From Lama glama (taxonomy: Eukaryota): a DNA stretch of 64,000 bases. Position numbers and translations under genes: made by a program. The notes beneath the pieces were generated by a model. That model did no database searches and was not told the origin of the DNA. It saw only the letters and a list, made by a program, of their open reading frames with translations. The DNA lies in assembly GCA_028534125.1 (NCBI GenBank), contig CM052816.1, forward strand, positions 95,296,001-95,360,000. The letters are read 5' to 3'. Of the stretch, positions 38,501 to 51,407 are shown piece by piece (the first letter of the stretch is position 1; every line of letters starts with the position of its first letter).

Positions 38501-39412
38501 GCATGAGGGGAGAGGCCACGGAGGCAAGGGCTGCTGGTGGCCAGGGTCCCGAAAGGAGGAAGTGAGGTGGGGGCTCATGCCGCATCCCAGATGGGGCAGT
38601 GGGGGAGGCCGAGGAGACGGGAGTCTGGGCTCAGGCTCTCAGGGGCCAGGGGAGCGCAGCTGATACAGCCCCATCACCTTCACTGTCACTGTCACCGTCA
38701 CCATCACCATCCCTCAGGCCCTAGCTCTCTTATGATCCAACCCACCCCCTACATCCCTGCACAGAGGCAGCACTCTGTAAAGGTCTTGGGCTTAAGATGG
38801 GAAGTGTGCGGCTCGGACGACTGTTGGGGGCACTTGGGGTGTGGCCGGGAGGGGCTGGGAGGCCCCGGGGGCCTGGGGGAGTCACCTGCTAATAATCGCA
38901 AGCCTTCCTCCAGCCTGACCTCTGGGCGGCACTGTCATCACACTCAGAGCCGCCTCGCCAGGCGGGGCCCCAGCCGCCCCCACCTGCTGGGCCGCTCTTC
39001 CTCCGTGCCCTCTCCTCCAGGCAGCACGGCCCCGGGGGCTGGGGGCACGGGGTGGCTCCACACTCACTCCCTCCACTCATTTCCATGTTTCATTGTTGAG
39101 AAATGAATTCTATCTTACTTTTGAACATGCCCTGGTTTTAAACCATCCGTTATCCTGTACTTAAGAATCAAGACACATTTCCCATAACGTTTCTTAACGG
39201 CAGATAACGTTTCCTCCCTCTGAAGTTACCCCTCCTGCGGCCCAGCTTTGTCCAGCACCACTGAGCCACATCTCGGAGCCCAGAGGAAGCTACGTTCCTT
39301 CTGCGGGAGGCCGGGTTCGCTGGAACAAAGTCGTCTGAAGACAGAGGAGAGTGGGAGGAAGGGAGCCCCCGACCCCCCGCACACCTGAGCTGCAGGGCGC
39401 GCTCACACTCAC

Positions 39413-39588
39413 ACGTTCTCCTTCAGAGAGGCCAGGTAGGTCTCCGTGTCCGAGGCAGGTATGTCCGAGTCGAGTCCCGACAGGTAACGGTAGACGTAGG
39501 AGAAGGTCTCGAACGGGATGCAAGCGGGGCCGCCCTCGGGGTCGCTGGTCAGGATCTCACACAGGTGCTTCATCGCGGTCGTCAGCGA
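39413..39588 (-). CDS. ROPN1L: ROPN1L coding exon 4
   Basis: Acceptor CCCTAG|TCG and donor GT|GTGAGT; 176 nt. Encodes SLTTAMKHLCEILTSDPEGGPACIPFETFSYVYRYLSGLDSDIPASDTETYLASLKEN(V). Confidence 0.97.
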
Positions 39589-40669
39589 CTAGGGACACGG
39601 CAAACCGGGAGCGAACACGGTTATTACCGGGCTTCGCTAGCGAGCAAAGCCGGCAGCAGGAGAAACACTTGTTGACGTTTTACGGAAATTTTCCCCAAAT
39701 TCAGAACCAGGGGAATTTATAATTGTCATAAAGAGAAAGGAAAGGTTTGATCAAGATGCAATTAATTCCCAGATTTTATTTTATGAGGAGGAAGCAGCTA
39801 CCCTGTTGACAACGGACCTCTCAAGCCAATGCAGACCCTCCAGCCCCTTCGGCCCCATGACATACCTACAGGGACGGAGCGGACTGTCCCCAGTCAGAGA
39901 CCACCTGTAGAGGGTGGGGACTGGCAGGGCAGGGCCCACTGTGCCCCGGCTCTGTGCAGGCTTCAGGTGGGGCTCAGCCTGGCTCTGGGCCTTGTCGCAG
40001 GTCCGGAAGGCAGAAGGCCTGGGTCAGTCACCACCCCCACCCCCGCCAACATGCCTGACTTTCAGCAGAACGCTCGTCCTCAGAGAAACCTTCCCATCTC
40101 CACATGGTACAAGCTTCCAGAACATGCTGACCACCCCCACCGTCAAGCCACAAGCGTGCGAGGAACTGTGCTCAGGGTAGGGGGAGCCACCGCCTGGGTC
40201 AGACACACCGGGAAGGCCCACGAAGCTGAGGGGGCTGGTCTCAGTGTTAGCTCTCATGCTGACCTCACAGAGCATCTTGGACGAGTGTTAGGATCCATCA
40301 CTTGCACACATGCAACAGAGGAGCGGGGAGCAGCCCCCGCGAGCTGGGTTACGTTTCCAGGAATGTTGTGAGATGGCTGATCTCACGGCTTGACCTAAGG
40401 AGGAAGAACCTAAGGGAAGACGAGGAGCCCAGACTGCGAGCCTGTAGGACAGACTCGGACCCCCCACGAGAAGCTCCTGAGGGAATGAATCTGGGCTGCA
40501 CTCACAGGAGGAAAGAGCAAGGAGGGCTACAGAGGACAGTTCCCAGGGAAAGCCGCAGACTTAGGGAAGGTCGCACACAGCCCTGCTTGACTGGGACAGA
40601 GACCGGGGGGAGGTAAATCCAGCGTCCCTGAGGACACGTACAGGGCCGGAGCCAGATCTTTTTTTTTTT

Positions 40670-40990
40670 TTTTTGGAACACATTTATTATTTCACAGTTT
40701 CTGTGGGCCAGGAGCCTGAGCACTGTCAGCCTCCAGTCAGGTGGTGGCCAGGGTTCAGTTCTCATCCTGAGGCAGGACTGGTGGTGGAGCTACTTCCAAC
40801 CTGCCTCAGGGTATTGGCAGAACTCACTTCCTGTAAGACCGGTCCGGGGCCCTGGCTTCTTGCCGGCTGTTGGCCAAAGTCCCCCCTGAGCCCTTGAAGG
40901 CCACCTGCAGCTCCCTCTCTGAGGTCTTCTTAGAACACAGCAGCTTGCTTCTTCAAAGCCCCAGGACTTTGGCCAGGTTCTCACAGTAAA
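40670..40990 (-). mobile_element. MLT1 MaLR LTR fragment
   Basis: CACATTTATTATTTCACAGTTTCTGTGGGCCAGGAG..TTGGCAGAACTCACTTCCTG..CAGCTTGCTTCTTCAAAGCC. Confidence 0.65.
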
Positions 40991-43900
40991 TATCAGAGAA
41001 AAATCACCTGTGCTTCCGGCAGGGGGAGGGGAAAGGCAGCTGGACTGAAACAAGGTTCATGTCCCAGGCACGAACGGGGCCTCTCATCTACTGGTTAGAG
41101 TAACTTTGTGAGATGAGGTCAGCGGGGCCCAGAGAAGCTGAGTCACTTGCCCCAGGTAAGCCAGCTGGGACCCAATGCAGGCGGTCGGCCTCCTGTTCCA
41201 CCACCGCTAACGGCCACTGGGCTGGCTCAGGGAGTGAGTGACGGGCAGACTGGTGCCTGGATTCCAGGCGTTCAGCCGGAGGGTGTGAAGCCACCTCCCC
41301 CATCACCATCAGCCCAGGGCTTTGGGCGTCTGCAAAGCCACTTCCCACCTGCCCTGGCCGGGACTCGTGCCCCTGCTGTGCTGGAATTCCTGGCCGGGGA
41401 CAACACAGTTCCGACGTTAGCCTGACACTGGGGGCAGAAGGATGCTCTAATTAGAAAAATGATGGCATTCATTTCTCCAAGGACCACCGTGCACACCGAT
41501 GCCCCTGAAAGGCTGTCCTGAAGGAGGACTTGGAGAAGACAAAGTTGTGTCTTTCACAGGTTCCTTGCTCGAGATGTCAGAGATGGGTATTTTATTAGAC
41601 TTTGCTGTTTTACCCAACATGGTGGTGGAACGTCGTCATGTGTGTGGAACTGCGGGGCCTCACTGAGGGAGGAGAGGAGGCAGCAGCTGGTGAGGAGCCC
41701 ACAGATGAAATCTGAGTGACGTGATGTTCAAATGCTTCCGAGGAAGAGGTATTTAAGGAAGAAATCCATCCAAACATCCTGGCATCACTCTGCAAAGGCG
41801 CAATGACGCTACCGGTGTTAACACTTCTGACAATAAGATTTGCAGCAATTTTTAAACCCAAAAGGATTCACAAAGCAACTTGCTTGGTTTGGAGAGTTTC
41901 TTTCCCTGAAACAGACTTCTCAATTCCAGGGGGTCGTGGGTCCTAAGGCTACAGCTCGCCAGCCACAAGGACCCCCCCTTGGCAGACGTCCCTTTTGACC
42001 TCCTGCAGATTTTTCCTCTGGTTTGTAATCCATCCAGGAGGAGGGGACTGCACTGTTGTCAGGCAAGTGTTCACTCCTGAGCCGCATGTGAACCTGGAGA
42101 CGCATGAGAAACACAAGCATGGAGGTCCTGTGGCTTCCTGAGCATCCTCGGCGCCTGTCCTGTGGGTCTGTCATTTCAGAATTTCAGCGGTTCTCATGAC
42201 GATGAGCGCCTCACAGCGCCCAGTGTCCCATTTAGCTGCAGAGAATGACAACACGGGTGATACCCTGGCTGACCCTTTGATGAGAGTAGGAACAGATAGG
42301 GACTCGCTCCTGTGGTGTGGCCTGAGCTCAAGGGAGACCGGACTCTGCAGCCTGCAGTGCCATTGACCCCAAATCTCCGTTTTAACAGCCCTTCTCATTT
42401 CCTTACCCTCACAGATTTCCTAGTTCACAACGCAGTCGTGGGCCTTGTGACCGATGCAGGTGGGAGACCCACACTCTTGGGGGGTGGGGGAGCGGTGTGG
42501 GCCTGGAGTGAAGCCAGTCCATCAGGCTGAAGGGATGGACGGGCCACCATGTCCAGCATCCGCCGCTGCCACCTCCCCCTTCCCCACGGAGGAGACGCTC
42601 AGCTCAGGGGAAGGGGGTGGGATGTGAGCCCAGGGGCCCACGAGCAGCTGCTTCCTCTCGGTGGGAGGCAGGTACTAAACGTGCCCATGGCCGGAGGCTC
42701 ACTCTCACGGCTGCACCGGCTGCAGGGGCGACAGAGAGCCACGTGGGCATCTCAGAACCGGCTCTAGGTGCTCAGCGGGGAAACCTGACGGGGCGGAAAG
42801 AGGCTGGGGAGTGAGCGAGACGTCGCCGCCACCCCTAGGACAGGGGCTGCCACCCCCAGCCCACCGGGCACCTCGGTGGGTCAGGGACACCAGACCCAGC
42901 ACGCAGATGCACAGCTGTGAGCGGATGAGGGTCCGAGAACCGCAGGATGAGTGCAGCTGGGAGGCTGACACCTAGCGCTTTTTAGGGTTGGGACCACTTT
43001 AGGAGTCCTGCTCCCTGAGGCCACATCCCAGCCTGTGGGCGGCACGCTCACCAGAGGGGCCCCTCCACCCCAAGCCCGTACTCCGCTAGTGGCGGCCCTG
43101 GAGTCCGCGGTCTGAGTTCAGATCCCCCCTGACCACTTCCACCTGCCGCACCTCCCTCTCCATAGCGCCCTATCCCACGATTCGGAGAACAGGACTTTCC
43201 TCAAAGCATTGCTGGGAGGACTGAGGAGAAAGCAAAGGGCTCCAAACACGCCCGCACCTGGGGAGAACCCTGGAAACAATGGCCATTTGTAAGCAATCCG
43301 CTCGGATGGAAAAGTATGTTACGCGCGTGTACATTTGCCACTGTACACGCAGAGGGATGCTCTTGGGAAGGATAAAGTGCAGGTGCTTTCCAAAGCCTAA
43401 TCCGAGTCAGGCCCGTAGTTTGCCATTACGTACTTTCTCCGTAAGTGTGTGTGGAGCCGGGGAGGAGGACTTGGTTCATACATTTTTCATGTTATGAAAA
43501 AGATCTCCATGCTTAAAAAACAAAATGAAAAGTGTTGATCCACCTCTTTAATGCTTAGTATCGCTGATGGTGCTGCAGGAACGTAAGGTGGAGGTCACAG
43601 CATAGACCTGTGATTGCTTCCCCGGGGCAGCACCGCACAGCCAACCTGCCTGGGGCCCCTTCGCCCTGCGCTTCAGCCCAATTTGTGGCTTTCGATGTGA
43701 GAACCAGAGCAGCGCTCAGGGCTTCGGGGATGTCACAACGTCGGCCACATGGGCACGGGCTGCCTCCCCGTCTTGCTTGCTCAGAACCCCCAGCACCCAG
43801 AGCGAGGCCCCCCAGAACAGGGCTCGACAGACATCCATGGGAGGAACGAAGGATGAACGATGCGTGTGGCTCAGAAATTTGAGCAGGGGTTCGAGTCTCT

Positions 43901-46304
43901 GCAGAGAACTTAATTCATCCAACTGGAGTGACCTGGAAGAGAAACCGAAGAGCTCAGACAGCGTGTCTGCCACGAGCCGGGAGACGCCGCAGCCTGAGCA
44001 GCAGGACTCACTCCGTCACATCGACGCAGAGCGACTGGAGGCCAACTTGACAGCATCCTACGTGCAGAGAAGCCACTGTAAATTACTCCTGCCCACCTCG
44101 CTTCACTTCTTCATTGGCTCCTTTCTGGAGGTTGGGGTTTTTTTGTTTTCTTTTGTTTTTACGCATAGATGCTAAGATGCCAAACTGCATGAAGCACCGT
44201 ACCCCAGAAATCACAGCGCCAGGTAAGAACCTCCTGGCTATTCCCCAAACGTGGGCACACAGCACAGCACCAAAGCAAGCCCCAACATCGCACCTGGTGC
44301 CCTCCGGCCCCTGCGGTCCCAGAGCATGGCTGTTTGCTCTGCACTTGGTGGGGGCGGGGGACGGGCCAGGGCGGAGGTGGCATCCCAGGCTGTGAGCTTG
44401 ACCTGGCAGAGGAGCAGGAGGCTTTCACACTTGAACCTCCTCCCAGAGGTTCCCACAGGGGGAAGGGGCCCCGGGCCCAGGAAGGAGTCAAAGGCCAACA
44501 GCAGAGACCACGAGCAGAGAAGGCTCAGTTAGGGGACAGGGTGGGATCCCACATTGGCTGATGGGGATAAGCGACAGGTGTGCACTGTTTATCCGTCCCT
44601 GCCCGGGTATTCAGTTTAGAGGAGGCTCCACCCTTAACAAATGTCTCCATCTAGCGTCACATACTGCCCGTGCATAAGAGGCCTTATCTTGCAAAACAGA
44701 GTTGGTTTGGTTTTAAATTTAGTGCCTAATTCTCCTGATTAGGGAGGTAGAAATTACAAAGATGGATCTCCCAAATGTGAAATATTCTGATTTTTTCATC
44801 ACTTATAAAAGTCTAAACTTCACAACAAAGTTTAGAGGCACAAATCATAAAATAAAATATTAGTTATTAATTTTGTATTATTAAAATCACGCTTTCACAG
44901 AGTTCCAGATGAACAAAGCAACATACAATTTTCTCCAATAACTAAATTTGCCTTTGCCCTTCTCAGTAACACCCCCTGGGGTGCTCTCCGTGACTTCTGA
45001 GCCCACAGGAGGGCACCTGGTGGGCGGTGACCACCTCTCTGGCACAGCCAGCCCAGGGCTGACTGGAAACACCCGCGGGCAGTTACACAACAAAAGTCAT
45101 CGCAGCGCTCAGCCTAACGCCTGGCTTTACCGGGGTCTCCGCGCTTCTCCCCGGGGCCATGAATGGCACCGCTGAATTGCAGTGAAGTCACACAGCGGAT
45201 ACTGCACAGCAGAGGAAATGAATGCAGTACTGCGGTCAATAATGATCCAGATGAATAAACAGAGAACTCTAATTGGGAATGAAGAAAGCTCCAGGAGATT
45301 AGTAACAACATGATTACCTTTCCATAAAGTTAAAGCCAACTACAATTAAATACTGTATTTCTTGGAGGACATGTGTGATCCCGGAAGCATGAGCCCGGGG
45401 CTGAGGGCGGTGGGGTCTGGGGAGCAGGTCAGTTGCAGGTACTAGCTGTGTTAGCGGTCATGGTAGGTAGCATTACAGAAGGTAATTCTGGAAAGTTAAA
45501 ATGGAATTAAGGAGGTTTAGGCATGGACCTGGGATGAGGGCATCCCGTGAAGCAAGGACTGTGAACTGTTCAGTTACGTGCTCTGGGCCAGAGACTGAAG
45601 GGCGGGGGCAGGAAAGTGTGCTGTGTCTGCATTGAAGGGAGCTAGCTCTCTTTTCTCAACCCCTTTCTTTACAAACTTAAAGTGGTAACTCTCCCCGCAC
45701 TTGACCCCATGTCTCACAGGGCAACTCAAACACTTGAGCTAAAGAGAGATTCCAGATTCCAGATTCCTGAAGGAAGTCTTGCCAAAGTCCTCCCAGCCCC
45801 ACCCGTTCCCTCCCACCCCACCCGCTCAATTCACGCCGGCAGGGACGCCTGCGCCTTCATTCTGAAGTCGGATGGGTTGTACTTGAACATCAGCAAGGTG
45901 GCACCTTATCTGTTAGTTACTAATAACACATTTTAATTAAAAACCAAAATAACTGTACAAAATAACTTTGCACAAGATGAGGAAACAGGTATGACCAAAA
46001 TGATGTGTCATTTAATAAAAATCACTGATGCATTCTCTTCTAAGACCTAAATGTATTTTAACAGCATCTATATATTTTGTCTACTGTTAATATCTTTTAA
46101 ATTGAAGCATTCCTATGTATTGAACTTCTGTAAATAAAGTAACTATAAGCCTAAAATACAATAAACATCTGGGAAAAAAATGGTCTTTGGAAGACAAAAT
46201 TACTAAAGTAATGAAAGTATTCCTTCGGTTTCTTAAACACCTGTTATTTTAAGCTGAGCCTATGATTACACAGAATTATCAATATGCCATTTATAGGTAC
46301 GTAC

Positions 46305-46466
46305 CCCACCAAGCATGCTACATCCAAGCGCTAAAAATTTTATCCATTCGATTTTGTTTTTGCAAGGATCCAACTCCAAGACAGCTCTGAATTTTTCCCC
46401 TGGCAGGCACAGATTTTTCCATTTCTGCTCAAGATCTGCTAATTCCACATATTCCTTGTGGCTACA
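46305..46466 (-). CDS. ROPN1L: ROPN1L coding exon 3
   Basis: Acceptor ACAG|TGT and donor GGG|GTACGT; 162 nt. Encodes CSHKEYVELADLEQKWKNLCLPGEKFRAVLELDPCKNKIEWIKFLALGCSMLGG, overlapping ORF 46266..46448. Confidence 0.97.
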
Positions 46467-47603
46467 CTGTTGAGAAAACAGAGCATGACAATCTAGGTAA
46501 GTTTAAAAGATCCACAAAGTAATATAACGCTTGTGAATATTTGAACAGAGTTGGAGCACCCATCCCTGTCCAGGGAAGAACTCTGAATCCACTGCACCGT
46601 TAGCCCAGGGGAGGAGGGGTGGAGAGAGGCAGCGGGGGAGGGGTGCGCGGGGAGGGAGGGGGGTTGGGAAGTAGAGATCAGCAACAAGTTACTTCTTAAA
46701 AGACAAAAGGGCTGTGAAGCAAATACGGCCTCGAGTTATGACTTAATAACATTGCGGGCGACCAGGCATTGGGTACATGATTCTCTATGGTCTGAAACAC
46801 TTCACAATAAAAATAAACTTCAGGAAATCAAATGAAATCCAATCCCTCAACATGTGAACAGTTAAATGGGAGTAATCTTAAACCTGAAAATCAATGTATT
46901 CCTCCTATTTTAGACAACCTATGAAAATTAGTAACTTCTGTGATCTGCTAGCGCTCTCCTGTGTGAGAGAGCTTTGAGCAATTTCATCATGTCTTTTCCC
47001 AAACTACCCCTTTTCAGTGGTTACTCATTTTCCCTTAAAATAGGGAGCCATGGGAAAATCCTGTTTTCAAAAGTCACTGTATCCTGGACAGGAACACAGG
47101 ACCTCAGGACGTATCATGGGGACGAGTCACTTTAAAAACCAGGGCTGTTCCCCTGACGTTGCTTTTAGCAATGCGGCCCAACCATTCTGATAAAATACAC
47201 TTCCTATTAACCCTCCACGTGAGAAGGTGGGTCCCCAGGGCCCTCAGGAGGGCAGTCGGACCTTCAGATGAAGAAAGTGGCAGATTATCCCCTTAGCACT
47301 GTTTTTATATTTCAAGAACGATCTTAGCAACAACCCCCATGCCTGGAATTCCATGTTTTCAGAGCTTTTTTTTTTAAGTCCCGCAGCACCTAGCGTCTTA
47401 ATTTGGTATTTAAAAGAAACTATATTTCTATATAACAAGGAACAACTATTTTGAGTTCCTTAAACCAGAGAAAGGCCACTGAACGCAAAATTCCTTCTTT
47501 GAATAAACCGTGAAGTTTTATCGGTGGGCTTGTGTGGAGATGGTGGAGGTTTCTGCCAGCCTTTGCCTTAAGTTCAGCTGGCTGGTAACAAAGACCCTCA
47601 TAC

Positions 47604-47727
47604 CTGCTTGTGCAGAACTTTGAGGAGTCCTTGCGTCAGGCCTGTGTCTGTTTTCTGAGTGGCCACCGGCATTTCGATTCTGTCCTTTACAGGAAGCGGG
47701 TCTCCTCTTGACAAAGCTGAGAAATAC
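47604..47727 (-). CDS. ROPN1L: ROPN1L coding exon 2
   Basis: Acceptor TAG|G and donor CAG|GTATGA; 124 nt. Encodes YFSALSRGDPLPVKDRIEMPVATQKTDTGLTQGLLKVLHKQ in phase with exon 1. Confidence 0.97.
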
Positions 47728-48362
47728 CTAACAACAACAGACATCGCTGAAGCGCCACAACCAGCCGTTGAAGTCACCCGCTTTCATCAACAACTCCAGA
47801 GGGAGATGGTGATCAGGGAGGAGCGCGCTGGGTGCGCTCCCCCAGCTGGGGTCGGGCTCCTCCACACAGCCCTTTGCCCTCCCTGTCTCTGCGGGCCTCA
47901 GGTCCTCTGCACAGCGGGGGTGACACCCCCAGTCTTAGGGACCCCGCCCGGCACTCCTGGGGCTCCCATAACATGTGGTCCTCTTACCCAGCAAATGCCA
48001 CATGGGGTCTGAGATGCTTCCAGAGGTGGTGGAAGTCAGGGCCCCACATGCCCCAAGTGCAAGGTCGTGGTCTAATCATGCCACTTTGACAGTTGGCGTC
48101 TCAGCCCTGCGTTTCGAGGGGTTTGATTTCAAGCATCTCTGCCTACTCAGCTCCAAGGCGCCCAGAGCAGGAAATCTCCTGATTGGCTAAATCAGGTGTC
48201 GCCCTCCCCAACCCTTCACTTTTCCTGCCTGTTTTTTCTTTGTTTGTTTGTTTGTTTTTAGTGCTTTTTCCCCTTGATCATTCCTTTCTGGGACATGAAC
48301 AGCTAACAGTGGGACAAGTGGGGCATGGAGACAGCTTGGGGCAATAAGTCAGGATGGGGCAA

Positions 48363-48376
48363 CGACCAGGGGGCAC
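48363..48376 (+). promoter_or_regulatory. Candidate CTCF motif in ROPN1L intron 1
   Basis: CGACCAGGGGGCAC has one mismatch to the core consensus. Confidence 0.35.
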
Positions 48377-48907
48377 CGGTTAGGGTAGGGCTGGGAGTGC
48401 CAGCAGCGTCTTCTGCAAAACTCACCCCCTTGGGCACATGCCAGTGGATGCAGGCCGCTAAGTCACATCATCTGCCACCCTCGTGACTTTACCACCACCA
48501 AAGAAATGACATACCCAGGAAAATCAAACACTGAATTGTCCAGGGCCACAGGTGACCACTGAAGATAAGAGTAATTAGAAACATCTCTGAATAGGTAACA
48601 AAATGTAGATAAATAGGTGTCTGATAGGCTAAAAGAAATTTTACATCCCATTCCTTTTTTTTCTCTCCATCCCTCAAATTCAGCTTTGCTTTCCTGCTGT
48701 TAAGACAGTCCAGTCATATTTTGTTAACTTAATGGTTCGAGGGAAAGTCAAAAGGAAGGCAGCAGGTGGACCTGAGGATCGAGAGGGCCAGGGTCAGGGA
48801 CGGGTGCCTAGTTTCGCCACGTTCCTAATTAGAGTTTTCACCTATTTCGTGGACTTTACTCCCCATAATCCATCAAACCCATCACCCGGCTGACGCAGCC
48901 TCTCGAG

Positions 48908-49120
48908 CCGTGCTTCTCAAGAGGGGGCGATCTTGGTCCTGCCCCCACCCCCAGGAGGCACTGGCAGCGTCTGGAGACCATTTTGGTTGTTCACAACTGG
49001 GGGTGGATGGTGTTACGGGCATCTCATAGGCTGCTGAGGATCCACAATGCACAGGACACCACACACCCCGCAAAGAGCTGTCCAGTCCAAAGCGTCAATA
49101 GTGTTGAGGCGGGGAAGCTG
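48908..49120 (+). mobile_element. MER20 (hAT-Charlie)
   Basis: TTCTCAAGAGGGGGCGAT..TCTGGAGACCATTTTGGTTGTTCACAACTGGGG..ACAATGCACAGGACA..GTCAATAGTG. Confidence 0.75.
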
Positions 49121-50029
49121 GCCTGAGTGGCCAGGCCAACTAGGGCCACATGCTCTCGAGTGTGTTGTTTCTCAAGGTGCAGGTGAGCAAAAGCCTTTAG
49201 GACCTGACTGGTTCCTGCTGCCATCACAGCATCAGATCCACAATGGCATTATGTCACAATGATGACAAAATAAGGTCCCGCCTATTAGTTGCTGTGACAC
49301 AGCAGAGGCTAGGGGCCCAGCCTGACTCAGTTCTGCCTCCTGCCAACCTCACCTGGAAAGAACCCTCCCCCGAAAGCCTGCCTGGGCCTTCCAGGTGGAG
49401 TCGCTTCCACATGCACCCTGCTTTCCTGCTTTGTTTTCAATTGTTTTTTCCTTGCCATGGCCCCTATGTTCATAAGCTGTTTCCTCTTCTGCCTGGTCTT
49501 AACCCCAATCTCTGCCTACGAAATCTTTCAAAGACCAATTTACCTTCTTCTGAACAGCATCTCTCCGTGACACATTCTACTCTGAGAGCATCGGGACACA
49601 GGGAGCCCACTATGCACACACTGCACAAAAATAATGCTTTAAATATATTTTAATGCTTTGGATATATTTAAAGATAAAGCATTAAATAATGCTTGCTTTT
49701 TCTCCTAAACTCCAAAATTGTTCTTGAGAGAAATCAGTTGCATGGAACATTCAGAAAGTTCTCGATTAAGCCTTTTAACGTGAAGCTTAAAATAGTTTTC
49801 TCTAAAGCGTTACCAAATATAATGTTCCAAGAAAAAATGATTACATCTTGGAATGTTTTGTAGAGTACGCCTAAACTCTTCTGAGCCATATCTTTCATTT
49901 AGGCTTGAATAATGGTTAAAACCAGAAGCCACAATTTTGGGCAAGAACCTTGAGTCTTTCAGAAGCAATTGACAGAAGCACTTGTCCCAAGGCAAAGTGC
50001 TGGATTAACCAGTAGCCTCGCATGGTAGG

Positions 50030-50488
50030 TACAATAAGATATCCTGGTCCAAGATATACCAAAGACATCTTGGTCTTAATCCTGGAAGCTGGTGGATCCT
50101 CTTTTACATTGTAACAGGGAGTTTGCCAATGTGAGTGAAGATTTTGAGATGGGAAGATTATCTTGGGTCATCTGTGTGGTTCCTAAAAGCAATCGCAAAT
50201 GTCCCTAGAAGAGGGAGGCAGAAGATGTCACAGTACTTCTAAAGATCGAGGAAGGGGTCAGGAGCCAAACAATACAAGAAATGCAGCTCTAGGAGCTGGA
50301 AAAGGCCAAGAGAGGGACAGGTTCTCCCGGGAGCCTCCAGAGAGAGCACAGCCTCACCGGCACCTTGACTGTAAGCTGGTGAAACTGACTTTGGCTTTTT
50401 GGCTTCCAGACTGTAGGAGAATAAACTGCTGGTTTCAGCCATTGTGTTTGGTGGTTATTTGTTACAGTAGTCACAGGAAACTGATTCA
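50030..50488 (+). mobile_element. MLT1D/E MaLR LTR
   Basis: TTTTGAGATGGGAAGATTATC..CTAGGAGCTGGAAAAGGCCAAG..GGCTTCCAGACTGTAGGAGAATAAA. Confidence 0.75.
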
Positions 50489-51276
50489 CTTTAGTCGTAC
50501 AGTATAAAGAAGGTCAGCAGAATACAACATGCTAGTTACAAAAAAAATTAAGTTAAATTTATACTGATTCTTGTGATTACAGAATTGTCTAAGTCTGCTT
50601 ACTGAAAAAGGGCAAGGAGCTTTCCTGTAAAATCAACAGGGTTTATTTTAATCGTTCTAAGGTCTGTGGACTTGTGACTTTAAAAAGGTTAGTGTCTGTT
50701 CCTGGAAATGGTTAGAATGTTTTACTGCAAGAAACTGTGGAGCCTCACATGCTGTGAACTAAGCTGGGCAGAGTTTAACCTTATAGTAGCCTTGGGATGA
50801 TTACCCCAGCATGACCTCCGTCCCTCTGGTTCCAATAAGCTCAACTGGCACCTAGTCCTGGGACGATTCTCTGAAGACAAGGAATATAATCGTAAGATTC
50901 CTCCTTGTAAAAATCATTTTACAAATAAAATAAACGGACAGTGATAGATTTTATATGATGCTGAAACTTTTCACCCAGTGTAACCTTTATAAATTTTAGG
51001 CTCCCTGAGTAAATACCACTCTCCAACGACGGAGTTGTCATTGCTTTGTACATAAATGAACATTTTGCAGTACTTTCTGGTCTCGTGGTCAGTAAACCAC
51101 GATGCTTCCTAGATACATACTTAGGTTGTAGATACCATCAATGCTAAAGTGAAAGTTTCGCCGGTACTCTAAGTGTCCTGAGCGTTGGACCACTGGCCCA
51201 GGAAGGAGGATTCACTAGGCAGGACTGGGCACGGGGACCGGCCGGCTCTCCCAGGCGCTGGCCCCGGGGCGCTTAC

Positions 51277-51407
51277 CCCGCGGACCACTGCAGCACGTCG
51301 GCGGGCTGGGTGCGGATCGCAGCCTTGGTGAACTGCTTCAGGATGTCCGGCAGTTCCGGGGGAATGTGGATCTGCTGCGCGCAGAACATGGTGTCGGGAA
51401 GCGGCAT
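51277..51407 (-). CDS. ROPN1L: ROPN1L coding exon 1 (ropporin-1-like / AKAP-associated sperm protein, RIIa-like dimerization/docking domain)
   Basis: ATG at 51407-51405 reads MPLPDTMFCAQQIHIPPELPDILKQFTKAAIRTQPADVLQWSA(G), the ROPN1L N-terminus. It ends at donor GG|GTAAGC; 131 nt, phase 2. Confidence 0.98.

Noticed and set aside
37094..39106. Long ORFs of 206 and 189 aa in ROPN1L intron 4
   Set aside because: Low-complexity Pro/Ser/Gly/Arg translations over GC-rich, L2-like sequence with no recognisable domain.
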